The translations under genes and the position numbers were made by a program. The notes below the pieces were generated by a model. It was not told where the DNA came from and ran no database searches. It saw only the letters and a program-made list of their open reading frames with translations. Shown here piece after piece: positions 1-10,132 of a stretch of 64,000 bases of DNA. This stretch comes from Sedimentisphaerales bacterium. Lineage in GTDB: Bacteria > Planctomycetota > Phycisphaerae > Sedimentisphaerales > SM23-30. Position 1 is the first letter of the stretch. Every line of letters begins with the position of its first letter. The stretch covers positions 32,001-96,000 of the forward strand of contig CAXXMR010000011.1 of NCBI GenBank assembly GCA_963663805.2, read 5' to 3'.

Positions 1-1366
1 GCCGCCAAACGCATCGCCGGACGGGCATAATCGGAGAAAACAAAGAACGTCGCACCATAAGGAATCGTGCCCCCGTGCAAAGCCATCCCGCAGCAGCACC
101 CCCCCATCGTGAACTCACGAATACCCCAGGCTACATTGCGATTCTGATATGCGCCAGACTGGAAATAACCGGACGATTTGATGAAGGTGTTGGTCGAAGG
201 TGAAAGATCGGCACTGCCCCCAATCAGCCAGGGAACTTTCCCAGCGATAGCGTTAAGAACCGCCCCGCCAACTTTACGAGTCGCGACGGGTTTGTCGTCA
301 CCGGAAAACGTCGGAATGTCAGCATCCCAATCTGCCGGCAAATCACCGCTAAGGGCCAATGTCAGCTCTTGATATTCCTGAGGATATTTAGCCTTGTACT
401 GGGCCATAAGTTTGTCCCAGTCGGCCTCAGCCTGCTGACCACGCTTGGCCCCCTGCTGCATATGTTCCATTACACCGCCGGGAACGTAGAAAGATTTGTT
501 TTCATCCCAGCCGTAGAACTTCTTGGTCAGCTTGATTTCTTCAACGCCCAGCGGAGAACCGTGAACCTCGGAAGTATCCTGCATATTGGGCGAACCGTAA
601 CCGATGTGGGTACGAATAATTATCATGGTCGGCTTGTCACTGACAGACGCGGCGTCTGCAAAAGCTTGTTCCAAAGCAGCGGTGTCATTGGCTTTTTCGC
701 CCAGGTTGATAACCTGCCAGCCGTAAGCTTCAAAACGAGCCGCGGTATTATCGGTAAAAGCCAGATTCGTATCGCCTTCGATGGTGATATGATTATCATC
801 ATAAACAAATGTAAGTTTGCCGAGTTTGAGATGGCCTGCCAGCGAAGCCGCTTCATGGGAAACACCTTCCATCAGGTCCCCGTCGCCGCAAATCGCTATG
901 GTACGATGGTTCACGATTTCCATGCCGTCTTTGTTATATTTAGCCGCCAGATGTGCCTCGGCAATCGCCATACCCACAGCGTGGGTAAGCCCCTGACCCA
1001 GCGGACCGGTCGTCGTCTCCACTCCATCAGTTACCGTATTTTCCGGATGGCCGGGAGTCTTGCTCCCCCACTGACGAAAATTCTGGAGATCCTCCAGCGA
1101 AACATCATAACCGGCAACGTGCAGAGTCGAATATTGAAGCATCGAGGCATGACCGTTAGACAGAACAAAACGGTCACGATTGAACCATTGGGGATTCCGG
1201 GATTGTGCTGTAGCACTTTGTTATATAAAACATAAGTCAAAGGCGCCAAAGCCATCGGAGTGCCGGGATGACCAGAATTAGCCTTCTGAACACCGTCCAT
1301 GGAAAGAGTACGAATCGTATTGATACACAATAGCTCGATGTTGGATTGCTGATTTTCCGCTGCCAT
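1..1366 (-). CDS. tkt: Transketolase, 5' part; split by several indels, runs off the window start
   Basis: N-terminus [28 protein letters not shown]. The downstream minus strand encodes further transketolase motifs in shifting frames ([51 protein letters not shown]). Confidence 0.93.
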
Positions 1367-1533
1367 TTTTTAACCTCTTTTACAGTGCCAATTTTACCTA
1401 ACTTCCTACGGTTATTAACCCGCAACCGGACAGGTCCGGGCAAGACCGTCAGTTTAACCGAGAAAAACTCAAAATTCCATAATTTATCAGAAAAATAGAT
1501 GAGACTATAGTGTTCGACACGACCTGAAAAATA

Positions 1534-1596
1534 AAACTATACTATAGAGTACTTTTTTGCCAAAAATCGCAAAAAAAAGGTTTTATAGTATAGTTT
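1534..1596. promoter_or_regulatory. 13-bp perfect inverted repeat (AAACTATACTATA ... TATAGTATAGTTT) in the AT-rich region upstream of tkt
   Basis: Read directly; 37-bp spacer; surrounded by repeated A-tracts. Confidence 0.4.
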
Positions 1597-1673
1597 AAAA
1601 TCGAAAAAAAACGCGAAAAATGCAAAAAAAGCTCATTTTTCTTCAAAAACACGCCAAAAAATGAAAAAAACGT

Positions 1674-3217
1674 CTAAAAACTCCCAGGCCGAACGATAAT
1701 TTCAATCTCATCAGTAGTTTCAACATGCCGAACCCGCAGCCGTCGGCCATATTCGCTGTCCTCAATCGGCTCCGGCTGGTAGCTGCAACCATTCAGCTCA
1801 ACTTGGAAACCTTTGGGATAACACACGTTAGGAACAAAAATAACCGTACTGCCCCAAGGGTCACTGCCCGGAAGATAACGACAGCTAAAATCCCGACTAA
1901 CCTCATCATAATCATAACAAACCAAATCGCCCCAACCCGCTCCGCATAAGGCCGAGCGATAATATTCGCAAACGACCTCTGCTGGTCCAAATCCGGGCGA
2001 TAATCCCAGTAGGCGGCACTGAACTTGCACCTTTCCATCATTTCTCTGAACTGACGAGCCGCCGGCAGCGGGTCGCCTTCGTACATCGCATCGCCGTTTT
2101 CCAGATTGCCCCATTCGCCGACAAACAACGGAATGTCAAGCAGTTCGGCTGTTTTATCTGCCGGGTGATTACCATTTCGAGGATGCCCCACAACTCATGG
2201 TAAGCATGAGGTGAGAAAACCTGCTTATCGTCACCTATTAAGCCCACGCCGTTGGCGATTCCATAATTCGCGGTGATTGAAGCGGAGGTAAAGATGAGAT
2301 GATGCTTGTCCACTTCGCGGATGGCCTGGGTTACGCGTTTATACATTGGCATTAACCGGCTTTTGTCGGCAGTTTGCAGGGCTGGGTCAACCATCTTCAG
2401 CCATTGCTTATAAAGCTCAAGGTCTTTCTGCAAAATCTGATAAGCCTCCAGCACCTGGCGGCAGGGTTGGGTGATTCGAGCTTGATGCCCTTTTGCTGTA
2501 ACAGGGGCAGCATTTGTATTACCGAACCCAAAACCACACCGGGCAGAATTGACCCCTGAAAAGGCTCGTTCATTAAATCGTAGCCTATTACTGTTTTATT
2601 ATCGGCGTAACGTTGGGCTAAATGCTTCCATGCTTGTGCATAACGATCTGGATGCCCACGCCCTGGCCGTCTGGCTGATTGGTCCAGAAAGCGTCAAAAG
2701 CACCCTGAACGCGTGGGCTTTCGAGATAGGCCAAGCCCCAGAATACTGACGGATCGTGCAGGTGGGGCAAATGGCTGCTTTTAAGGGCCCAGGCTGGCGC
2801 CCCTCGCGCTCCCGGCACACCTACGCCCCAAAGGTCCTGGTGCATATCGATAATTACATAAAGGTCATTGGCCGCCGCCCAGCTGATTTTTTCGTCCAGC
2901 TCTCTGAGAAACGCTTCGTCATATTTGCCCGGTTCCGGTTCGAGGCCGGCCCAGTAAATCGGCATACGCACACAGTTAAATCCCCACTGCCGGATTCGCT
3001 TGAAATCGTCCGCGCCGCCACGATGCTCCCAGCGGGGTTCACATTGGCCCGCGGCATTCAATCTTGAGGCGAATCCGATATTTATGCCGTGCAGAATAAC
3101 CTCATTGCCGTTGCCGTCGCGAAAACTCCTGCCCTCAACTTGCAGGTAATCATCTGACCAGACCGAGCTAGAAAGCCACAATAACAATAGCGAAAGCAAT
3201 ATTATCCTGCGTGACAT
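1674..3217 (-). CDS. Secreted glycoside hydrolase family 5 (endoglycoceramidase-like), frameshifted into about 5 pieces
   Basis: Signal peptide MSRRIILL; motifs LHGIN, WGFNCVRMPIYWAGLEPEPGKYD, IDMHQD; acid/base motif IGYDLMNEP read at about 2560-2590; FSPHAY; nucleophile PLFVGEWG. Confidence 0.85.
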
Positions 3218-3302
3218 GATACCATCCTCTCTGCAAAACTCATTATTCGAATAAAAATGGGGCCGTAAACAAAAGTATAAAGGCATCTGGTTTTCTAGCC
3301 AC

Positions 3303-3339
3303 AAAAAAATCCCGCTACTCAGAAATGGGCAGCGGGATT
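3303..3339 (-). terminator. Rho-independent terminator after the PEP-CTERM gene
   Basis: Minus strand AATCCCGCTGCCC-loop-GAGTAGCGGGAT followed by a T-run. Confidence 0.65.
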
Positions 3340-3401
3340 GATTAATCAATCGACAGAAAAACACATTATTCTGTCATCATTTCAAGACTTCTCTGGCCCT
3401 C

Positions 3402-4270
3402 TCAGGCGCGTTTGCGACGAATCAAGGCTAAACCACCCAGACCCAACAGAGCCATTGTGGCGGGTTCGGGAACCATTCCAACTGAATAATCAACATAGGT
3501 TTCATCAGCAAAACGATCAGAAACCGCGAAAATTCATCAATGTAGAGTTTGGTGCCATTACCACCAATAATACCAATTTCAAACCAAACACTTTCGCCAG
3601 CAGCGGTCATCGGCTTGGCAACTTTCAACCCTACCTGCTGCCAAGTGTTGTCCGCAAAATCCAACGGAATAATATTAAAGCCCAAAGGAGTGAAATTAGC
3701 AGTACTGCTCCAAGCACTACCGGTAGTGTAAGAATAACTTTGGACGTACATGCTTGCACCACTGCCGTTTTCAACAGCAATTCTCGCATCAGTTTTGAAA
3801 TAATCCTTATCTTCCCAAGAGAAAACATCAGGACGATAAAGCTGATAGCCATGAGATTCCTGACAAATAGCAATTCCTTCAGTAGTATAGGCAGCCAATT
3901 TAGCAATATCAGGAGCAAACCCACTCCAAGATGAATCTACCCATTCAATACCATATGTGTCAATATTTTTAGCTGGATGGTAGTAATTACTGGCATTTTT
4001 CACGGGATTTGTAACATCATCGGTGTATTTAACAGCCCACTTATTGAGATCCCAGGCAGTGGCGGCCATACCGGGCGTAAGGTCACCATCATACCACCAG
4101 GCACTGGCATCAACGTCGTCAACACTAACATCCCAATCAAAAGAACGACTCCACAATGCCTGCCAACCATCATTGTAGAGAGTAACTTCCTTGGTGTAGG
4201 CTTGCACCTGCGCAGATGCCACAAACACCAACGTAACGACAACCAACAACAAAACATTTCTAATCTTCAT
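3402..4270 (-). CDS. PEP-CTERM surface protein (one frameshift near 3530)
   Basis: Signal peptide; the alternate frame at the 3' end reads VPEPATMALLGLGGLALIRRKRA*. Confidence 0.88.
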
Positions 4271-4459
4271 AACATTTCCTCCATTAAATTGGAACTACTA
4301 ATACATCATCCAACAGCCACGCTGCTGTTTGGATACCATTAACAACTAAAATTAATTACTTTCACAAAACCTGCCGCACACACTCGGCGAAAAAAAGATA
4401 ATACTCAAAAGAACGTTTACTTCATTAATTGCACCATAGGCATCAACCCTTTTTAATTT

Positions 4460-4498
4460 TTTTCGACGCGACAATTTTTAATATTGTCGCGTCGAAAA
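4460..4498. terminator. Strong hairpin after the 4510-7626 gene (terminator or mRNA stabiliser)
   Basis: TTTTCGACGCGACAAT-7nt-ATTGTCGCGTCGAAAA, a perfect 16-bp stem; no U-tract on the minus strand. Confidence 0.5.
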
Positions 4499-4509
4499 TC
4501 CATTTCCGT

Positions 4510-7500
4510 TTATTCCCAGGGAGTAGTCCCGGTAATATTATTAAACCAGTCATCCAGCCAGCTGTTGGCAAGATAAGCGTAATCATAGAGGTCAACGCGG
4601 CAATCACCGTTGATATCGGTAGCAGGTGCCGAAGTGCCCATCAACTCACCATGGTAGCAGTTAAGCGGGCCATAGGCATCGTATTGCATACCGGACTGAA
4701 TCTCGAAAGAGTAATCGCCGCCCGGCACGAGGCGTTTGGCGGTTGAGAGATAAACATCACTAAAGGCAAATTCAGGATTTGTCGCGGCACCGTTGGCACC
4801 ATAAACTCTCAGATACACATTGGTATCGGCAGCCGTAGCGGTATAGCTCGTGCCCACCAACTGCCACTTCGCAGCAACCACGCCGGCACCAGAACCGCCG
4901 GAGATATTTCCGGTCGCGTCGGTATAAGTCTCGGCGATCTTGGTATAGCCGGCAGCACTGCTGGAAATACCATCGTAAATCACCGTACCGTCGGTAACTC
5001 CGGCAGGAATCCGCCAAAGTTCGATATGGAACGAAGGGGCCGGATCCGGCCAGGCCGTGCTGCTGTAGTCACTGCTGTTCACGCCGCAGGCCATATCCAT
5101 ATAGTATGTCGTGCCGTTATTCAAGGCGCCGATAACCTGGCCCAGAACAAGCGTATTTGAGGTATAGAAACATACATCTTCCATCCCCGGCGAAGGTAGC
5201 GGAGTACCGTACATGCCGCTGGCCCACATTCCGCCTTTATTAGCCAGGTCATACCCTGAAGGAACTTCGTAGAGCCAGTTGATAGGAGCAGGCACGCCCG
5301 ATACCAGCCATGCACCCCAGTTATCGGAGTTGTGAATCGAATTATAAACAGGTTCCAGAGGCGTGCCAATCAGCCAGTCGATTTCATCGAAGCCGCCGTT
5401 GCTGAGCATATTATCACGACCATCGGGCCAATCCGCAGGAGCCATGTCAGCGAGATAAACATAACCGATATACGCATAACCGGCATCTTCGATCTCGGCG
5501 GTGTGAGAATTCGCATAGGAAATCTTAACCTTGATGGGCTTGCCGGCATCAGTGGCGGTCGCGGTATAAGTGCCATACAGCGGACGCCATCTCTCACGGC
5601 TCATTACGCGTTCAAAACTCGCCACATCAACGCCATCAATTTCCAAAGTCAGCGTTACGAAATCCTTCCAGCCTCTCCAGTCATCGAAACCCAGGAGATA
5701 ACCGCGAGTCATCACATAAGCCATCGCGTAATATGTCTGACCGGCAGTAACACCAGTATTGGCGGTCTGAGTCAGAACCATGTTCGGGTCCATCGTATAG
5801 GCTGCCGTGCTTGCACCCAAAGGAGCGACCGCGCCGGCAGAATAGTTGAACCGACCCCGGTCCGCTACATAAGCAATACCGTAATTACCGCTTGAAGGAG
5901 TACCTTCAAAGTCCCAGCCGGCCGGAGCTATACCGGTAATCAAAGGTTCATTTTCCGCAATATTCAGCAGACTGTAATCCGCCGAAAAATCACCGTTATC
6001 CAGCATCTCGCCGCTGCGTGGTTCAAGCATACCGCTGGAACTGCTCAGCCAGCCAGCCGCGAAGGTCTGTAAATCTTCCTGATTAACAATCGCGTCTTCA
6101 TCGAAATCGCCGGGCAGATAACTCGCCGTATGCTGACTCGTATTGGCCTGGTCGGAAACCGAGTTGAACTCATCAATGTAAACCAACGTATCGGGGTTCC
6201 CGCCCGCTATTGAGATTTCCACCCAAACGCGAGGCTTAGGAATGGCTGTGGGCTTGGGGAAAGCATATCTCAGGTCCTGCCACTCATAATCGTCTCCGCC
6301 ATTCAAGGGCCAATATACCTCATCCAGATAAGTAAGGTTGGCAGGATCAAACGGGTCGGTGCCAGAAGTATAGGTATAAACCTTAACTCTTAACTGAGCA
6401 TCTCCGGCATTTACCGCGGCGACACGGGCATAAGTCTTGAAATAATCTTTCAGAGTCCAGCTCCATTGAGGATCATAGCCCTGGTAACCTTCGTCCATCT
6501 GACAGAAAGCGATCCCCGGGGTAATATAGGCAGCAAAAACCGCTGTTGTAGCACTACGGCCACTCCAGGAAGGATCGATCCACTCGATACCGTAGGACTC
6601 GACATCCTTAACCGGATGGCTGTATGTCCCGCTGTCAAGATCTTTCATAAACCACTTGTTCATATCCCAGCAGGATGTCCGCGTGCCGGGCAGCAAGCTG
6701 CCGTCAAACCACCATCCCGTAGCAGTATTGTTGCTGGCAACATTAACGTCCCACTCAAAGCTGGCGCTCCAGAACAGTTTCCATCCTTCTGAGGTCCAGG
6801 CCAGTTGCGTTTCCTTCGTAAAATAGTTTTCCGGCAGTGGAGGAATCGCCGCGGCATCTGTTACCGTTAAAGGCGTAGCGGTACCGGCGGCGAGTTTGGC
6901 GATTTCACTGGCGGGAACATAGCGACCCGACCAAATCGCGACATCGTCAAGGGCGCCGACATAGTAGGCACTGCCGCCAGTGCGGGCCGCAATAAATAAA
7001 TCGGTGGTCGCTACCGCCGAAAATGCCGCCGAAGGAGCACTGGCATAAACCATCGTACCGTTGACATATTTCTTTAGATAATTGCCGTCGAAGGACAGAG
7101 CGATATGATTCCAGACACTCATTGCCTGCTGAGCGTAGGGTTCGGAACCCAAATCGAGCTGCCAGTTAGTGTCGAGTTCCGACCAGAAGAAATCATGCGC
7201 TTCAAGATTACTTGAACTGCCGTTCGGGTCCATGGCCAACTCATAATCATAAGCGTCAGTATAAACTAGATAAGGCCAGATCGTGTTTTCCGCTTCGCGT
7301 TTAACCCACATCGAAATAGTAAATGCGTCAGCCAGAGAAGCCAGCGGGTTTGAACCGTCGATATCAACCTGAACAAAATTGGAATTGCTGCTGCTTGTTG
7401 TCGATGCGTTAAATTCCAGGGCACTGCCGGTACCATCAAAACCGGTAGTCCAATCTGGGTAATTAGCGGAATTTTTAGACACTATAACACCCACATTGGA

Positions 7501-7626
7501 ATTGCCCGATGAATCAGCAACAGCCGTACCGCTACCCTCATCGAAATTCCAGTACCCCACCGGGGCCGCCGCAGCCATACCGGCAACACCGAACACTAAT
7601 ACCGAAAAAATTAACTTCTTCAACAT
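4510..7626 (-). CDS. Large secreted protein: LamG-like jellyroll, domain shared with the adjacent PEP-CTERM protein, CBM-like repeats, two dockerin-like motifs
   Basis: Signal MLKKLIFSVLV; LamG motifs GYWNFDEGSG, FTISMWVK, WNHIALSFDG, GALDDVAIW; GDFDEDAIVNQEDLQTFAAGWL and DINGDCRVDLYDYAYLANSWL. Confidence 0.82.
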   Translation of the reverse strand: MLKKLIFSVLVFGVAGMAAAAPVGYWNFDEGSGTAVADSSGNSNVGVIVSKNSANYPDWTTGFDGTGSALEFNASTTSSSNSNFVQVDIDGSNPLASLADAFTISMWVKREAENTIWPYLVYTDAYDYELAMDPNGSSSNLEAHDFFWSELDTNWQLDLGSEPYAQQAMSVWNHIALSFDGNYLKKYVNGTMVYASAPSAAFSAVATTDLFIAARTGGSAYYVGALDDVAIWSGRYVPASEIAKLAAGTATPLTVTDAAAIPPLPENYFTKETQLAWTSEGWKLFWSASFEWDVNVASNNTATGWWFDGSLLPGTRTSCWDMNKWFMKDLDSGTYSHPVKDVESYGIEWIDPSWSGRSATTAVFAAYITPGIAFCQMDEGYQGYDPQWSWTLKDYFKTYARVAAVNAGDAQLRVKVYTYTSGTDPFDPANLTYLDEVYWPLNGGDDYEWQDLRYAFPKPTAIPKPRVWVEISIAGGNPDTLVYIDEFNSVSDQANTSQHTASYLPGDFDEDAIVNQEDLQTFAAGWLSSSSGMLEPRSGEMLDNGDFSADYSLLNIAENEPLITGIAPAGWDFEGTPSSGNYGIAYVADRGRFNYSAGAVAPLGASTAAYTMDPNMVLTQTANTGVTAGQTYYAMAYVMTRGYLLGFDDWRGWKDFVTLTLEIDGVDVASFERVMSRERWRPLYGTYTATATDAGKPIKVKISYANSHTAEIEDAGYAYIGYVYLADMAPADWPDGRDNMLSNGGFDEIDWLIGTPLEPVYNSIHNSDNWGAWLVSGVPAPINWLYEVPSGYDLANKGGMWASGMYGTPLPSPGMEDVCFYTSNTLVLGQVIGALNNGTTYYMDMACGVNSSDYSSTAWPDPAPSFHIELWRIPAGVTDGTVIYDGISSSAAGYTKIAETYTDATGNISGGSGAGVVAAKWQLVGTSYTATAADTNVYLRVYGANGAATNPEFAFSDVYLSTAKRLVPGGDYSFEIQSGMQYDAYGPLNCYHGELMGTSAPATDINGDCRVDLYDYAYLANSWLDDWFNNITGTTPWE

Positions 7627-7696
7627 TTCATACCTCCGCGTAATTTTTTTATCTTCATCACCAAATGAAGTACTAAACAACATAACCACTACCCTC

Positions 7697-8569
7697 TTAC
7701 CACATCGGACCGCTGTCATGAGCGCCATAAGGCTTGCCGTAGGTTTCATAAGCTTCTCGACCAGCCACGCCGCGCACTAATTCAGAATGACCATCCACAA
7801 ATACCACGTTGGACTTGCCCTCGTTCTTATCGCTTGGCGAAGTACCATGATAGGTAGCAAAATTATCTACTGACTGGTCGGGAGTCGACTTATTGGCGTG
7901 CATCCACAGCACATTATCATTCAGCCAGTTCCGGTTGTACTCAGCGGTTTCACCTTCACGAGTACCAACGATCCAGGTAGGGTTCTCTTCGGCGAAGGCA
8001 AAACAACGGTCGGCACTTCTAACCTGCTCCAGTTTCATCGAAATTTCTTCTGCGGTAACCTTATCCAGCGCTGTCGAAGAACGATAACCATCAGCACTGA
8101 AACCCAGATGGCGATTCATCGAATAGCTGTAGGCCGGCTCATATTTCGTAATGCTAAGATGAGAACCGTTAATACAACTCATCCGCTGAGCGAAGCCGGC
8201 AAACGTCGGACACAGATGAACGTCCATATCCTCGATATAGGGCCAAAGCGAACCATCGGGCACTACCGGCGTACCATCTGAGTAGGTCTTGAAGTGCCAA
8301 CGGCAATGCTTATGACATTCTCGTGCTTCTGCGGCGATCGTCTGCTGCTTGTATAACCACGTAAAGGCATAAGGTACCCAGTCGCGATTATCCATTGAGT
8401 ACATAGGCAAAGCCAAGCCGTAATTATGCTGATTTGATGAGCATACCACCGTCTTGGCGGCTTCGCGCGCCTGCCCCAATGCCGGCAGCAGAATCGATAC
8501 CAGCAGGGCGATAATCGCTACAACCACTAACAGCTCAACCAACGTGAAACCCTTTTTGTACTTTCTCAT
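7697..8569 (-). CDS. Prepilin-type N-methylation / DUF1559-like protein with H-X9-DG motif
   Basis: [42 protein letters not shown]-terminal H...SNVVFVDGH. Confidence 0.9.
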   Translation of the reverse strand: MRKYKKGFTLVELLVVVAIIALLVSILLPALGQAREAAKTVVCSSNQHNYGLALPMYSMDNRDWVPYAFTWLYKQQTIAAEARECHKHCRWHFKTYSDGTPVVPDGSLWPYIEDMDVHLCPTFAGFAQRMSCINGSHLSITKYEPAYSYSMNRHLGFSADGYRSSTALDKVTAEEISMKLEQVRSADRCFAFAEENPTWIVGTREGETAEYNRNWLNDNVLWMHANKSTPDQSVDNFATYHGTSPSDKNEGKSNVVFVDGHSELVRGVAGREAYETYGKPYGAHDSGPMW

Positions 8570-8659
8570 TTTGTCATCCAATCTTTTTCCAGAATCCACT
8601 TTCTGTCGAAATCTTATATCTCGAAATACCCGGTGTCCTGCCGAAATACTCTTTTTGCC

Positions 8660-9685
8660 TCAATTGGAATCGGGCACCGCCGCGGTCGAGCCGCGTACAA
8701 TCAGTTCGCATTCCATCTTGACGCGTTTGGGGGTATCGCCTCTTAGCGTGCCTTCCAGACGGTCAATCAGTATCCGCGCTGCACGTCGACCAATCTTTTC
8801 CGGCTGCTGGCGAATTGTTGTCAAGGGCGGTTGAATCAGCTGGTTGTATTCATGCGAATCGCTGAAGCCCACCACCGACAAATCCTGCGGCACGCGGATA
8901 CCCATGTCACGGGCAACTTTGTAAATCATATAAGCGCGGGTATCACTACAGGCAAATATGGCTGTCGGACGTTTTTTCATCGCAAGCAGCTCACGGGCCG
9001 CTTCGGGGATGTCTTCCTTATATACAGTCTCAATGCTCACCACTGAAGCATCTGGAAATATTTTCACCGCGTTTTCGAAGTATTGCTTACGCTGCTTGGC
9101 CCAGCCCCAACGCTGGTCGCCGGCCAGATGACCGAAACGACGATGGCCCAGATTATATAAATGCTGGGCCGTAACCCGAGCCCCCGGCCGCTCATCGGTA
9201 TCTACCGAATCGGCGAAAGAAAGCTCATGGTCAATCGTCACCACCGGCAAATCACGGGCCTCCAGTTCCTCCAGATGCTCTGAATATGCCTCGGTAACTG
9301 TGGGCCACAAAATCACACCGTCAACCCGACGGTCCAAAAGACGATGAATCTGCTTGAGCATAAAACTGCTGCTGTAACGCTTGACACTGTCCTCGTCATA
9401 CCAGAGAGTCAGCGGAGCGTAATCTTCTGAAACCAACTCATCGTGAACCCCCCGCAAAATCAGCGACCAGTAACTGTTGTAAGGCGGAACCATCACCCCT
9501 ACCGTCCGAGTTCGACCAGTCTGAAAACCTCGTATCAAAAGGTTAGGCCGATACCCCAACTCCTCGGCAACCGCCATTATCTTGGTCCGGGCCTTGGCCG
9601 ACACCTCGCTGCGATCGTTCAGAGCCCGCGAAACCGTACTCACTGAGTACTTGGTTTCCTCGGCAATCTTCTTTAATGTGCCCAT
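8660..9685 (-). CDS. LacI-family transcriptional regulator
   Basis: TLKKIAEETKYSVSTVSRALN HTH, LGYRPN hinge, PTAIFACSD, VPQDLSVVGF, PPLTTIRQ. Confidence 0.95.
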   Translation of the reverse strand: MGTLKKIAEETKYSVSTVSRALNDRSEVSAKARTKIMAVAEELGYRPNLLIRGFQTGRTRTVGVMVPPYNSYWSLILRGVHDELVSEDYAPLTLWYDEDSVKRYSSSFMLKQIHRLLDRRVDGVILWPTVTEAYSEHLEELEARDLPVVTIDHELSFADSVDTDERPGARVTAQHLYNLGHRRFGHLAGDQRWGWAKQRKQYFENAVKIFPDASVVSIETVYKEDIPEAARELLAMKKRPTAIFACSDTRAYMIYKVARDMGIRVPQDLSVVGFSDSHEYNQLIQPPLTTIRQQPEKIGRRAARILIDRLEGTLRGDTPKRVKMECELIVRGSTAAVPDSN

Positions 9686-9741
9686 CGAAGCCGGGGGCAT
9701 AAAAAACCTCTTCATGGTCGACTAACAGTATTTTAACATTA

Positions 9742-9944
9742 CTGCAACTACTTGCAGGATTATATCGAAACTACTTGCGGCCAGTCAATAGTTTTTTGTG
9801 ATTTTCTCTCCTGTTTTGTTTTACAATCTCATGTCAAATACCAGATAAATACAAATAAACACTTATAAAATAACTATTTATATAAATATACGATTTTTTT
9901 AAAAAAATGCCTGCTGGTCCCGGAATAACCCTGCAACTACTTGC
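9742..9944. promoter_or_regulatory. Three copies of a LacI-type operator (CTGCAACTACTTGC)
   Basis: CTGCAACTACTTGCAG 9742-9757, GAAACTACTTGCG 9767-9779, CTGCAACTACTTGC 9931-9944; quasi-palindromic and directly upstream of the lacI gene. Confidence 0.65.
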
Positions 9945-10132
9945 CAAATAGTCCTATATTATAACGATTTGGCAGGAACAACTTCCACAACTCGAACATT
10001 TTCAGCAAGTTATATTCAAACGATTACAATCCCGCCCAATTCGCCCCACAAAAGACCGGTCCGCCCAAAAAACTGCCCCAAAGCCACTGTTTTTATAATG
10101 AGATTCGGAATGCTCCCCGGAGAGGCTGACTA

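Noticed and set aside
369..1235. 288-aa plus-strand ORF
   Set aside because: Antisense to transketolase.
2374..6792. Shared TPGRIDP peptide in two plus-strand ORFs
   Set aside because: Both ORFs are antisense shadows of unrelated genes; a chance match.
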